A stretch of 64,000 bases of DNA from the human T2T-CHM13v2.0 reference genome, Homo sapiens. The stretch lies in assembly GCF_009914755.1 (NCBI RefSeq), contig NC_060946.1, one strand, 5' to 3'. The translations under genes and the position numbers were made by a program. Every line of letters starts with the position of its first letter. The first letter of the stretch is position 1. The notes beneath the pieces were generated by a model, which saw only the letters and a list, made by a program, of their open reading frames with translations, made no database searches and was not told where the DNA came from. Shown here piece by piece: positions 47,628 through 61,399 of this stretch.

Positions 47628-47731
47628 AGCACATGTCAGGCAAGCAAATGATGCTTTTCCAACAGTCCCCAATAGGGCCCAACAGGGTCAAATACTTTGG
47701 TTCCTGACATATCAGTAACAATAATAATGAC

Positions 47732-48155
47732 TGTGATGGTTAGTTTTATGTTTCAACTTGGCTAGGCTATGGTCCCCAGTTACTTAATCAAACACTGTCC
47801 AGGTGCTCTGGTAGTTATTTTGTAGATGTGGTTAATATCTACAATCAGTTGACTTTAAGTAAAAGAGTCTATCCTCAATTGTATTGATGGGCCTCATCTA
47901 ATCAGCTGAAGGCCTTAAGAGGAAAAACTGAGTTTTCCTGGAAGAGAAATTCTGCCTCTGCCTCAGGACCACAGCTTCATTTTCTGCCCAAGAGTCCAGC
48001 CTGCCAGTGTAACCTACCCACAACTTTGGACTTAGCCCTACGATCACATAAGCTAATTCCTTAAAATCAAGGTATATGTGTGTGTGTGTGTGTGTGTGTT
48101 TATACAACTACACCATCCTATTGGGTCATTTCTCTGGAGAACCCTGACTGATACT
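47732..48155 (+). mobile_element. MLT2 (C/D-like) ERVL solo LTR containing (TG)n
   Basis: tgtgatggtta.ttttatgt.tcaacttggctaggctatggt...atcctattgg...tctctggagaaccctgact.atac. Confidence 0.85.
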
Positions 48156-49616
48156 AACATATGCATAATGTAATTTCATACAGGCTATTTGATACTCACA
48201 ACAGGTCACCTATGTAAGTATGATCGCCTTTTGTTCAAGTGAAGAAACTGCAGCTCCCTGCCTGCAGCGAAACAACATGTGCAAGGAACACACAGACATT
48301 AAACGACAAGGCCATAATTTAGACTCATATCTTCAACTCAACATGGTATGCTGCTTTCCGCAAGACACACTGCCCTCCAAAAGTCACCATAATTCCTAAT
48401 AAGAATAGCCCAGTAAAGGAGGAGATTTAATGATCTGCCACTGAATATATCTAGAAAAACAGTCCAAGGAAGATGCAAGCCCACAGCCCAGCCAAACTGG
48501 TTCTTCTCACTTTTTGTTGGGGCGGCACAGTCTGGCAGCCTAGCACGTTCAGTTTCTCCCAGGACAGTAGTGAGACCAAAGGAGAACTGAAGAAGGGCAG
48601 AAGCTAGAACTTCCTCCGGTCCTCATCACCTCGTCTAAGCCAGAGACCTCACAGTCTGCACCCTTATCATTGTTGTCCAGCTGTTCAACGTGAATGGCAA
48701 AATCATTGCTCTTCATTAATTCACTGGAAGCCTTCATGCAAACCTCATTAAGAGGCACAGTAATTGTTCTGTGAATATTGCCCATTTTCCAATTATGTTC
48801 CTTTCCTCATGCGGGGAGAATGTGCCATCAGAGAAAAAGCACTGGGTTGCCTTCATCTGTTTTAAAATAAGTGGTTGAGGGACTGGCTTTTGATGGTGGC
48901 TTCTACAACCAGAAAGTACTCTTCAGCCAAGAACCATTCTTAGTAATCTGATGGTGTGCAAAGTGCAAACATCTGTCTATCAACCCAGCCCAGGGACTCA
49001 CACACCTGGGCTTGCCACTTCAGGGAAGAGACTGCCTGGCCATGAGTTCTCAGCAGAGAATTGTAGCAAGGATCTGAACTCTGTCTTTCTGTGAACCACA
49101 CCGGAAGGCATGTATGTATTCACATCCATGCAGACGGCTCAGCAGAGCCCTGTGAGTGTGCAGTCTCATGCATCTGCAGAGAACCAGAAAGGGTTTGTGG
49201 GGAGAGTAAAATCACGAGGAGAGGTGCCGTGGAAGTAAGAGATTCAGCTGCTGAACCATTTGCAGATCATCATAAGTACTACTTATGAGACTATCAACTG
49301 TTCATCACCTCCAAAAACACAGGCAACCCTCCTGAGTCCAATTATCTCCAAACTTTTCCTCTTTCGCATTCAATGTTGTCATTAAATAAGCAAACAAAGA
49401 CATGGCCTGGTGTTCTGATGCCCACACTGTTTTTACAAATAAAAAAGGTCTAAGAGTGATGGGAACTCCAGGCCTGACTCAGCGAGCAACCTCTGTGGGC
49501 TGCGGGCGAAGAAATGAAGAGCAAAAATTCATCCATGAACAGGGCAGGACAGCATCTGGATTTTCATGCTTGGTTTCATCCTCCATAAGCAGTCTGGCTT
49601 CCAGGTAGGTAGGCAG

Positions 49617-49966
49617 ACTCTTAATTTGTTCAAGTTGTTAAAACAAAATGCCACCGACTAGGTAGCTTATAAACAACAGGCATTTATTTCTTATAGTTCT
49701 AGAGGCTGGGAAGTCCAAGGTCAAGACAACAGCAGATTCAGTGTCTGGTGAGAGTCTGCTTTCTGTTCACAGATGGCCGTCTTCTTGCTACGTCCTCACA
49801 TGGTGAAAGGCTCCCTTGTGTCTATTTTTAAGGGCACTAATCCCACTCATGTAGGCTCCACCCTCAAGACCTCACTGCTCAAAGGCCCAGCTCCTAATAC
49901 CCTCACACAGCAGGTTAGATTTCAGCATACAAATTCTGAGGGGGTGTAAACATTCAGACCATAGCA
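49617..49966 (-). mobile_element. MLT1A-type solo LTR
   Basis: gcttataaacaacag..atttatttct..agttct.gaggctgggaagtccaag...aacattcagaccatagca; TSD GGCAG. Confidence 0.88.
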
Positions 49967-50036
49967 GGCAGGCAGGCGGGAGGGCGGGTGGACATACAGA
50001 CAGACGGATGCACAGATGGATGGATGGATAGATAGA

Positions 50037-50092
<56 letters not shown>

Positions 50093-50122
50093 TAGATACA
50101 GAAAGACAGATACAGACAGACA
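49967..50122. repeat. Compound tetranucleotide STR: (GGCA)n...(GGAT)n(GATA)7(GACA)9(GATA)2
   Basis: Counted from the sequence. Confidence 0.93.
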
Positions 50123-50130
50123 ATGTTTTT

Positions 50131-50345
50131 GGGGCCAAGATTCAAATTCAGGCATATCTGGCCACCAAAATTAATATCCTTTTCACAACGCAGTGTTCAT
50201 TCTCAATCATTTCAAATTCCAGGATGCTCTCCAGGAAAAGTGAGTCTAACGCACTGCCAACCTCCTCTAAGTGCCTCTCTCACTCAAGTCATTCTCCTCA
50301 ACCTGACCTCACCCACCACAATCTGCCCCTACAGCTAAGACCCTG
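50131..50345 (+). repeat. Copy B of the diverged ~215-bp direct duplication
   Basis: Colinear with 47413-47627. Confidence 0.88.
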
Positions 50346-50364
50346 GGAAGTCGGGGTGGAGGGG

Positions 50365-50493
50365 TGCATGTATATACAAACACACACATATACATTTATA
50401 TGTGTATATATGTGTTTCTATACATACACACATGTGTATACGTATATAGACATACATACATGCATACACATATACATACAATCAAATATATAC
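50365..50493. repeat. (TA/CA)-rich simple repeat
   Basis: Seen directly. Confidence 0.85.
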
Positions 50494-53176
50494 ACTGGAG
50501 GCTCGGCAGTTTCCCTATGGTTCGCCTCTGCCAGGCACACAAGTTTCTTCACAACCTGGTGCTTGCCAACAGCCTTGTCTCCCATCTAGCCCCTTTGAAG
50601 GCACACATTTTCAAAGTCAAATATCAGTAGACTTGCAGGTACTGACACCTCCACTTAGAGGTATTTAAAGCACTTGTCTATTAGATACTTTCTAAGCCCT
50701 TTGCATATATATAAATTCATTTAATGCTCGAAATAGCTCTATGAGGGAGTCAGTACTGCCACCCCATTTTACAGCCATAGACAGATCACTCGTTTGTGTT
50801 TCTCTCTCTCTCTCTTTCGCAGGGGACCCGTGGGGCAGACCCCACAACCTTCATGGCTGCATACCCAGCACGCTATCCATTGTTCTCCTGACAGCCAAGC
50901 CCAATCCACTGCAGAAAAGAGTGTTTGGGTTGTTGCACATCCAGATAAGAAGGGACCACAGAGAGGTAACAGCAAAAGTCTAGAGCACAGAGCTGCTCGA
51001 ACTGGACTCAGCTGCCTGGTGAAGTTGGGGGCAGGGAAACTCATGCTGGCTAAACAGCTGTCTAATAAATCTGCCCTAGCATCACAGACAAGCTCTCACC
51101 GATATTAGCATTCAGTAGTACACCTTCTGTTGGCAAATGCTTCATTGTCATTTTTATTAGTTATGCCTTACAACTTCCCCGCTAGGTCAATATTATCAAG
51201 GGGGTCAGCGGTAAGGTAGGACAAAATCATTATCCACTCATGATAGATGGAGAAGCTGAAGGAGGGAGGAAAGGGGGAGGAGAGGGAGGAAAGGGGGAGG
51301 AGAGGAAGGAAGAACAGGGTAGCATGGTGGTGCAGGCAGCTTCACACTGTGGAGGAAGGGCCTTTACAGGCAGATGACCTAGGTTCAGACCCCAGATCCA
51401 CAACTAATTTAACCTTGGACAGGTTCTATGCTTTAGTTTCTCTCCTGTAAAAATGGGGATGGTTCATGTCTCCACCCTTGGATTAGGCACTGGTCCTCCA
51501 GCCACATGGTAGCTCCTTCTCATAGGGCTTCTTGAGACTCACACCTTCCCATCCAGCTGTGCCCCCTCAAGTCACTTACCAAACCCTGCTGTCTTCAGTT
51601 GATTCAGGGCATGGGTTAAAATCCGAAATCATCGTATTTGCTTATAGTTTGTTTGTAGTCTGTCGCTGCAAGGAGAACATACACTCTACAAGGACAGGAA
51701 CCCTATCAACTCACTCAGGGATGTCTTTCCAGAGCCTGATAAATTGTAGGTGTTCAATGAATATTTTCTGAATAAATATAGGACAGGGGAAGGAAGGAAG
51801 AATAAGAGGGAGAAAAGAGGAGGGGAGGAAGTTCATTCAGCAGCTGCACCAGCTTGTAACTGACCTGAGAGAAAGAAGGGGGACTGTGGCCCTGAGAAGA
51901 GCCCTAGAAAAAGGGAGGTTCCCAATCAGTATTTGTTGATAGCCTGTAAAAGCCTAACTTTTCCCTCCTGAATAAATTAAGCTTGTTCCTTCTGCTTCTT
52001 GAGGGCAGCCTCTCTGTATCCTGCCCTGCTGTGCTTCATGGACCAGAAGAAATGATACACAGCAAATACCTACCGAACAATGAAAACAAAGCAGATTTGC
52101 CTGTGATTTTTGTTGGTTGTTAAACACTTTAGACACCCAAGGACCAGGGAGCCCAGTGGCTTTTTCGAGGCAAATTGGCAGGGTAAGAACTCAGCAGGGC
52201 AAGAGTCCAGGACTTCCCCCACCTTCAGGAAGTCTGTACACTGTGGTCTCCCTTGGGTGGGCTGAAAGTTCTATTAGTCTCTCCACAACTAGATTCTGAT
52301 TAGGGCTGCAGGCTACACCGCATTCCTATTTCCCAGCACCATCCCAGAAACGGGTGCCTAATTACTTGGGCACATGGTATGTGCTCAATAAATACCAACT
52401 GATGGCTGATTTATCATCATGCTCAAAAACAACTTCAAAGGCCACCAGTTTGAGGAGGACTGGATGGAGTGACGTCACCAGCAGCCCAGTCCCAGATGTC
52501 AAACCACTTCAGAGTTCACACGGGCTCCTGGGGGCTTTGGGATCCAAAAGTATGGATCACAACAGCCAACTTTTGTCAGTCCCATCATCATATCTCATTA
52601 TGTCTTCTCCCAGTGGTGTGTGAGTACAAAGCTCTTCATTGCGCTAATATTCTACAAAGTTCATGGCAGAGCTGAAAAATGAGCTATTCCACACATATGA
52701 ATGCTCTGGATGACATTTTTAAAGTTCAGACCTTCTGGTCACAAGCTCTATCCCTCTGCTGTCCTCTAACAATCTCAGGTTTTTCTCCCCTTGCCAACTA
52801 CGCCACCATCCAGGGCAACTCCAGCAGGCCTGTGGCTATCCATCCACAGGCTGTTTCACCAAATCCTTAATTTCCCTGATACCAACAAACCTCCCCACCG
52901 AGCCTCCTTAGCACCAGCTCCAGCCCTTGACATCATCTAAGGGTTGAAGTCAACTGCCTTGACTTCAAATAATTAAGTTACCTTTATTAATTACCTAATC
53001 CCACTAAATCCACCTCATTTAATCCCCACCTCCTCAACCACCCTTTCCACTTTCCCATGGGGTGAAAGACTGCCCTGAATCTGAACCTTGCCTACTCCAT
53101 AAAAAATCTCTGTAACCCTAAGGAAATTTGTGTGTTTCTAAGAAACTCAGTTTCGTCTCCTATACTCTGGGCCATT

Positions 53177-53520
53177 TGTGGACAGCTAGCTGTTCACCAA
53201 AGCCTGGGCACAGGATGAGACACTTCCTAGCCTCTATACAGTGAGGTGTGACCATGTGACCAAGTCCTAGCCAGTAGGACATGTGCAGCGTGATGTGGGC
53301 CCTACCCGCAGGTAATGCCCTCTGCTGGCTGGACATCAGTGTCTAGAGCTTGCATGTGGATGGTCCAGGGTGTTTCCTTAGGCCAGGGTCACTGTGTGGA
53401 GCAGAGACACCTCCCCTGCTTTCACTCACCCCACATAGTTACTCATTCTGTGAGTGCAAAATAAACATCCCGGGTCATTATGAATTTGGGGGTCCATTCA
53501 GCCTGCTTTAACTAATGTAC
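53177..53520 (+). mobile_element. Old MLT1 (J-like) LTR, flanked by MIR-like sequence
   Basis: cacttcctagcctc...gaggtgtgaccatgtgacc...tagcca.t.gga; tgtggagcagag; gtgag...aaataaac; actaat.tac. Confidence 0.65.
53315..53328 (-). promoter_or_regulatory. Candidate CTCF motif
   Basis: Minus strand CCAGCAGAGGGCAT, 13/14 match to CCASYAGRKGGCRS; binding not shown. Confidence 0.4.
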
Positions 53521-53680
53521 CATTCTTCCTGCCTAAAGGAATAGTTATGCTGATTAAATAATGAAAATTTGCAAAACCCCCCATATAAGATCTGACATAA
53601 GGCCTGACAATAGATGTTTTTAATTTTTCTTCCCTTTATTTTCTCCCATAGCATATTGCCATAACTTCTATTCTCATTTT

Positions 53681-53986
53681 ATGTTTATTAATTTTTTTAG
53701 AGACAGGGTCTCACTTTGTCACCCAGGCTGGAGGGTAGTGGCACAATCCTAGCTCGCTATAGCCTCAAACTCGGGGGCTCAACAGATCCTCCCACCTTAG
53801 CCTCCTGAGTACCTGGGACTACAAGCGCATGCCACCATGCCCGGCTAATTTTTTATTTTTAGTAGAGATGAGATGGGGGTCTCGTGGTGCTGCCCAAAGT
53901 GGTCTAGAACTTCTGGCCTCAAGCAATCCTCCCGCCTCAGCCTCCCGAAGTGCTAGGATTATAGGCTTGAGCCACCATCCACAGCC
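53681..53986 (-). mobile_element. AluJ-type
   Basis: gagacagggtctcac, agcctcaaactc, ctggcctcaagcaatcctccc; TSD tctcatttta. Confidence 0.92.
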
Positions 53987-55749
53987 TCTCATTTTAAAGT
54001 GTTGGAGCTAAATACTATAGGATAAAATAAAGAAGAAAAATATTAATCACACAGCAATTATATTGCCAGGCCCTATACTTCCTCTCTACCCCAATGCTAC
54101 CATTTGATTCACCACCTTCTCATTCATCGTGGCACCTGAACCAGGCTTGCTATATCCACACTTGCCCTTTTCTTCTAGTCCTTGTCCCTGCTGCTGCTCA
54201 GGAGACACATGCTGTCTAACCAACCTCCAGAGGCTCCTCCTGGGCTAAGTGCACCACCCCCTCTTCTGCCTCCCACATGGCTCTCTGTTCCAGGGTAGCT
54301 GACACCCTGCACCAACACAATACATTTACTCGTCAGTTTCACAACCCTGGACTGCAAGCTCCTTGAGGGCAGGAATCTTCCTTAATCACCACCGTATCTA
54401 TTGCAGACTTCTCTTTAGTCACCAGGGATACAGTGGTGAAGAGAACAAACAAATATCTCTGTCCTCCCAAGATTCTCCTCCAGTTTAAGAATCTCTAATT
54501 GCTTCATGGCTGGCAGATGTTGTGACAAAGGCAGAGAGGGCATTAGGAGAATCCCAGCTTCACCCACAAATGCTGTCACTTCCTAAGCACAGACGACGTT
54601 GGTTATCTTCTCCAAGTCTCGATGTCTTCATCGTTACGAAGTTAGAAAAAAATGGCAGCTACTGAGGGCTACTGTAGGGTCAAAGGAGATGGTGCAGCCA
54701 AAAAAAAAGCTTGGAACAGTGCCTGACACACAGCAAGCAAACACTAGTTTACCTCCCCATCCTGAAATGATAAACTCCTAGAGTGCAGAGGCCATGACTT
54801 ACACTTCTCATTCTTTCCCCACCATGCCTTACAGATATAAACCACGTCTGACAAATGTTTGTCTGACTAATGAGATGGTAAGGATGTCCAAGAAAGTGAG
54901 CCAAAGGTATTTAGAAAGATTTCTCTCCACCAGCCTGCGTAAAGAGCGTCTAAGAGCATGCCGAGAAGGGGAACAGAGTGGAGGTAACAGGCAAGTCTGC
55001 TCCAATGATGACTTGTACCCTCCTTAGCCCCAATCAATGACTCCCTTTGACCACTGAAGCCCATATTTTTCCCAGCAGAAAGGTGTGTGCATGTATACAT
55101 ACATGTGTGTATATGCTATCAAAGGAGTTCAATTTTCAATACATTATTGGAAATCTTCAACAATCATTATGATGGATAAGAAAAAAATAGGAACAGAGGA
55201 ATTAGACTGAAAAGCCTGCCCAAGTGCATTAAAAACTTCATGTGAAGGAAATGGAAAACTATAAACAGTGATGTCCCAATCACTCAGGTTCCGTTTAAGT
55301 GACTTTTTTAGGTTTTTTTTTTTTTTTTTTAAAGAGCTGTTTCTATTGCGGGTATATTTAGTTTTAACTAAGTGAAAAGATACTTCCCTGATCTTGTAAT
55401 CTATAATAAATATATTCTAAATTTTTCTTAATGATCCCGGTTAATTATGTATTCCCAACCTTGGCCTGATGCCTGGTATAGGCACTATGTAGCATTAAAT
55501 CTCACTAAGCTGCCAACAGCACTATGTGTGCCCTTGGGAGCTACAAACATGTCTGGACAATCAGCCCTACCCTATGCCATGGTTCCATTCTGCCCCAGTT
55601 TGAGTTCTTATAGCTGGTAGGCAGGGCTTTCCTATACTTCTCTTAGAGGTCAGATTGTCACTTCTTGCTCAGGTTTCTGGCCGGCATCTGAAGTTCCCCT
55701 TTCAAATGCACTGTTGTGCTGATCTCCCATAGCTTAGAAATGCAAATGT

Positions 55750-56496
<747 letters not shown>

Positions 56497-57309
56497 AATG
56501 ATGTATTAAAAAAGAATAACAAGTCATGACTCAACAGTCTAGAGGTCTTCCCATGAGAAAAATTCATGAGCTTCAACACAGACCATAGCACATACCTTGG
56601 CTGCCCAAAGGCTGTGTGTCTGTGTGTGTGTATGTACACATGTATAAATGCTTTCACAGCATCATGGTACACCTGTTAATGCTGGCTTCCTTGCCTGTGT
56701 AATAAGCTGCCCAAGGACAGAAGCCTTATGTTTTCATCCTGTCTTCCCAGAATCTGATACAGTGCCTGGTACAGAGTAGAGGTCAATAAATATTCATCTC
56801 AGTTAACCATCTTGCTATCTATCAGGAAGTAAAAAATAATTACAATAGCTTATCTAAGTTTACATGGAACTTGTAACTGGAAAAGGAAATGAGGTCCAGC
56901 CACACTTCCAGAACACAGCCTCACGCACCCCTCAGATAGGTCCGACGACATGATTTGTCCCTGTCCTTGCCCTCCGCATCTGAGGACACAGCAATGACTC
57001 ATCCCTATACACAGTGTGACTGTAGACAGATGCATCTGCACACAGCCAATGACTTCTCCTGCCCATTGTGCCTTCCCCATAGATAGTGAGGAATTTTCCA
57101 GCTAGGCCCATTTATGGAGAGAGCTCTTTCTGCTGCCCTTTGGGGTCAGGATATCTTTGTTCGAACTGAGTCATCTGCAGTTCATTCCTCCATGCTGTCC
57201 TGTTTAAAGGGCACGTCTCGATACAGGGCTTCACAGTTACCCGAGAGCACCACCCCACAGCCCAGTGATGGTTCATTCCTCATTTGCCCTGTTAAGTGTC
57301 TACCAGTTA

Positions 57310-57475
57310 ATAGTAATTATTGCCATTAGCTGAGTGCTCAGTAACTTCAAGCCATCATGGTAAGTACTTATATTATTATCCCATCACATCCTTAGAACAA
57401 TCCTTTAAGGCTGATATCATTATCCTCATTTTACAGATGAGAAAATGATAGACCCAAAAGGTTGATGCCACATGC
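57310..57475 (-). mobile_element. MIR fragment
   Basis: cattatcctcattttacagatgagaaaa core. Confidence 0.7.
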
Positions 57476-57549
57476 CCGATTGAGTTTTGCTAACATTTTA
57501 TTGACCAACATTTCTTCATTATATGTATTTCCCCAAGTCCATGATTTAC

Positions 57550-57933
57550 TATATTAGTCCATTCTCACACTGCTATTAAGAACTACCTGAGACTGGGTAA
57601 TTTATAAGCAGAAGAGGTTTAACTGACTCTCAGTTCTGCAAGCTGTACAGGAAGCATGGCTGGGAAGCCTCAGGAAACTTACAATCATGGCAGAAGGCAA
57701 AGGGGAAGCAAGCATGCCTTCACATGGTGGAAGGAGAAAGAGAGAGCAAAAGGGGAAATGCTATACACTTTTAAACAATCAGATCTTGTGAGAACTCATT
57801 CATTATCACGAGAACAGCAAGGGGGAAGTCCACCCCCATGATTCAATCACCTCCCTCCAAGCCCCTCCTCCAACACATGGGGATTACAATTTGACAAGAG
57901 ATTTGGGTGGGGACACAGAGCCAAACCATATCA
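57550..57933 (-). mobile_element. THE1D-type solo LTR
   Basis: tattagtccattctcacactgctat...gctgtacaggaagcatggctgg...ggacacagagccaaaccatatca; TSD tttac/cttac. Confidence 0.92.
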
Positions 57934-58651
57934 CTTACACACTCATTCATGTTATTCCTTTCACCTGTAGACATTCATTGAGGACCTGTGCTGGAACCAC
58001 ATGACCCCCACTCTACACACGAGGTTTATATTTAACCACAAAATGGTGACTCCAGAATTTAAAAATATGACCAATTATAAAGTCCAAACATTTTCTAATA
58101 ATAGTAGCATGTAACTCATAGGACTATAATGAAAATGAAATGACTTAATACAAGAAAAGTGTCAAGAGAAGTACTGGTACACGATATGGCTTCAATAAAT
58201 GTCAGTTTATAACACTGAATATAATAACAGCTATTGTCCAGCAACATATTTTTGCACAGTTTTGGGGAAGAAGGGACAGACACAGGTGGTCAGCAAGGGC
58301 CAAGTATAATGCTATGTTCTACTACAGCTCATCCCAGGAACACTTTGGGTCTTTGTTTTCTTATTTGCAAGATGAGGGAAGTGAATTTGGTCATCTCCAG
58401 GGACCAGTCTTAAAATGCTATGATTTGTCATTCCAGCAGTTGATCAGTCGATGAGCAACTTAAAGACTGAGCTTCTCAGACAATTCCCCCAGTTTGCTCT
58501 GCAGAGAATGCTGGCTTCTACTACAAAGCACTATGGAGGAGCCCCAAATGACTTTGCATTATGAAGGAAATCCTTTGTAAAGGAATGTTCCAGAGAACAG
58601 TTTGTTCATTTCAGAATACGGATATTTATCCAGTCCCCAAATATGGGATGG

Positions 58652-59109
58652 GGTATTAGTCTGTTCTCACACTGCTAATAAAGACATACCCGAGACTGGG
58701 TAATTTATAAATTATAATAAAAGACATACCCGAGACTGGGTAATTGCTAATAAAGACATACCCGAGACTGGGTAATTATAAAGGAAAGAGGTTTAATTGA
58801 CTCATAGTTCAGGGTGGCTGGGGAGGCCTCAGGAAACTTACAATCATGATGGAAGGGGAAGCAAACATGTCCTTCTTCACATGGTGGCAGCAAGGAGAAA
58901 CGCTGACCAAAAGGAGGGAAAGCCCCTTCTAAAACTATCAGATCTCGTGAGAACTCACTCACTGTCACCACTAACACAAGGACAACAGCATACGGGTAAC
59001 TGCTCCCTTGATTCAATTACCTCCCACTGTGTCCCTCCCATGACACTGGCGATTACACGAACTACAATTCAAGGTGAGATTTGGGTGGGGCCACAGCAAA
59101 ACCATATCA
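58652..59109 (-). mobile_element. THE1C-type solo LTR with an internal triplication
   Basis: gtattagtctgttctcacactgctaataaagacatacccgagactggg ... aaaccatatca; perfect TSD GATGG. Confidence 0.93.
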
Positions 59110-59444
59110 GATGGTGACAGAGAGAGGGAACGAAGCCCACTGTGGCTTTTTCCCACTACCCATCAATCCTGACTCCAACAGAGACTGGAAGCTGCTACAT
59201 TCCCCAGCTGCAATTAATAAAACAAAACAGCAGGTGTGGATGTGGGAAGGCGTTATAATGGAGGGACAAGGCTGGGAGACAGAAACTGCCACTCTTGAGT
59301 AAGAGCACAGAGCTGGGGAGGGCAGTGCTGAGGACATACATCCTGCCAGGAACCTCAATGCCAAGGACAGAGAGACCCGCTGTCCAGATCACATTTCAAC
59401 ACAGGAGTGTTCACTTCTGTCTTTTTTTAATATAGTGGTAAAAT

Positions 59445-60178
<734 letters not shown>

Positions 60179-60440
60179 GTTCTCATCTTAACTCATTTTT
60201 TAAAAAAACAATAAAAAAAAATTTAACCCTTTAAAACAGATAAATGAGAGTCAACACCCATCTCACCCTAGAATATCCAAGCTGGAAATAGCCTTAGAAA
60301 TCAGTTAACCCCAGCCTCCTCCACCTGAAAAGGGTCTGGGATGGAGGCAATTCACCCCGGATTACCCAGAAGATGCAGCCTACCAAACAAAAGCTACTTT
60401 TATCAATGCTTTCTCCTAAGACATTTAAAAGAGCTCACTG

Positions 60441-60758
<318 letters not shown>

Positions 60759-61117
60759 CTATTACCCTCCTCGCCCCTCTGTCCCCCCGCCAAAAAAATA
60801 CACATAAACTTTTGGCACATGGACTGCAAAAAATGAGACACATCTTTACAAAGGGATATAATGTACATTTAAAAAGCAATTCTGGGTTAGCCCCGAAAAG
60901 TGGAAATAAGTGCAAAAGTTCTGGCCTGAATTCACTCCTGGACAATACGAACTCACATCTGTCCCATCGTGGCCAATGCGGGAGCCACAGAGGGCGTGTG
61001 ATGAGAAGAGGCATCACATCAGGGCTGTTCTTTTCGAAGAAAAAGCTGACATCGTGGTGTAGAGCCAAGTGGGCCCGTCACGGAGACTGGGAAGGAAGCT
61101 ACTTCCACTGTCTACTT

Positions 61118-61315
61118 CAGCGGTTCCCAAACTTTAGGAACATCACTGTCACCTGGAGAGCTTTGTTCAAACAGATTGCTGCCCTCCCCTCAACACCTCC
61201 TCCCCTAGAGTTTCGGATTATAGAGATCGAGGGTGGGATTGGACAATTTGGATTTCCAACAAGTTCCCAGGTGATGCATACTGCAGGGCTGAGAAGCACA
61301 GTTTGAAAGCCATTG
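61118..61315 (-). mobile_element. MER5A (hAT-Charlie MITE)
   Basis: cagcggttcccaaacttt...tcacctggagagctt...acagattgctg...aacaagttcccaggtgatgc...tttga. Confidence 0.8.
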
Positions 61316-61399
61316 TCCTATGGAAGACTTAGCCCAGGGAGCAGAAGAACTAGAATAAAAGAGATGATATCAGAGAGTATTACAGAAATTGCTAAGATT

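Noticed and set aside
50027-50098. Identity with forensic marker D12S391 ([AGAT]n[AGAC]n[AGAT])
   Set aside because: Same motif structure, but the flanks do not match what I recall for that marker; the locus is left unnamed
60998-61053. GTGATGA...CTGA snoRNA-like pair
   Set aside because: Under 60 nt with a poor terminal stem and no identifiable guide
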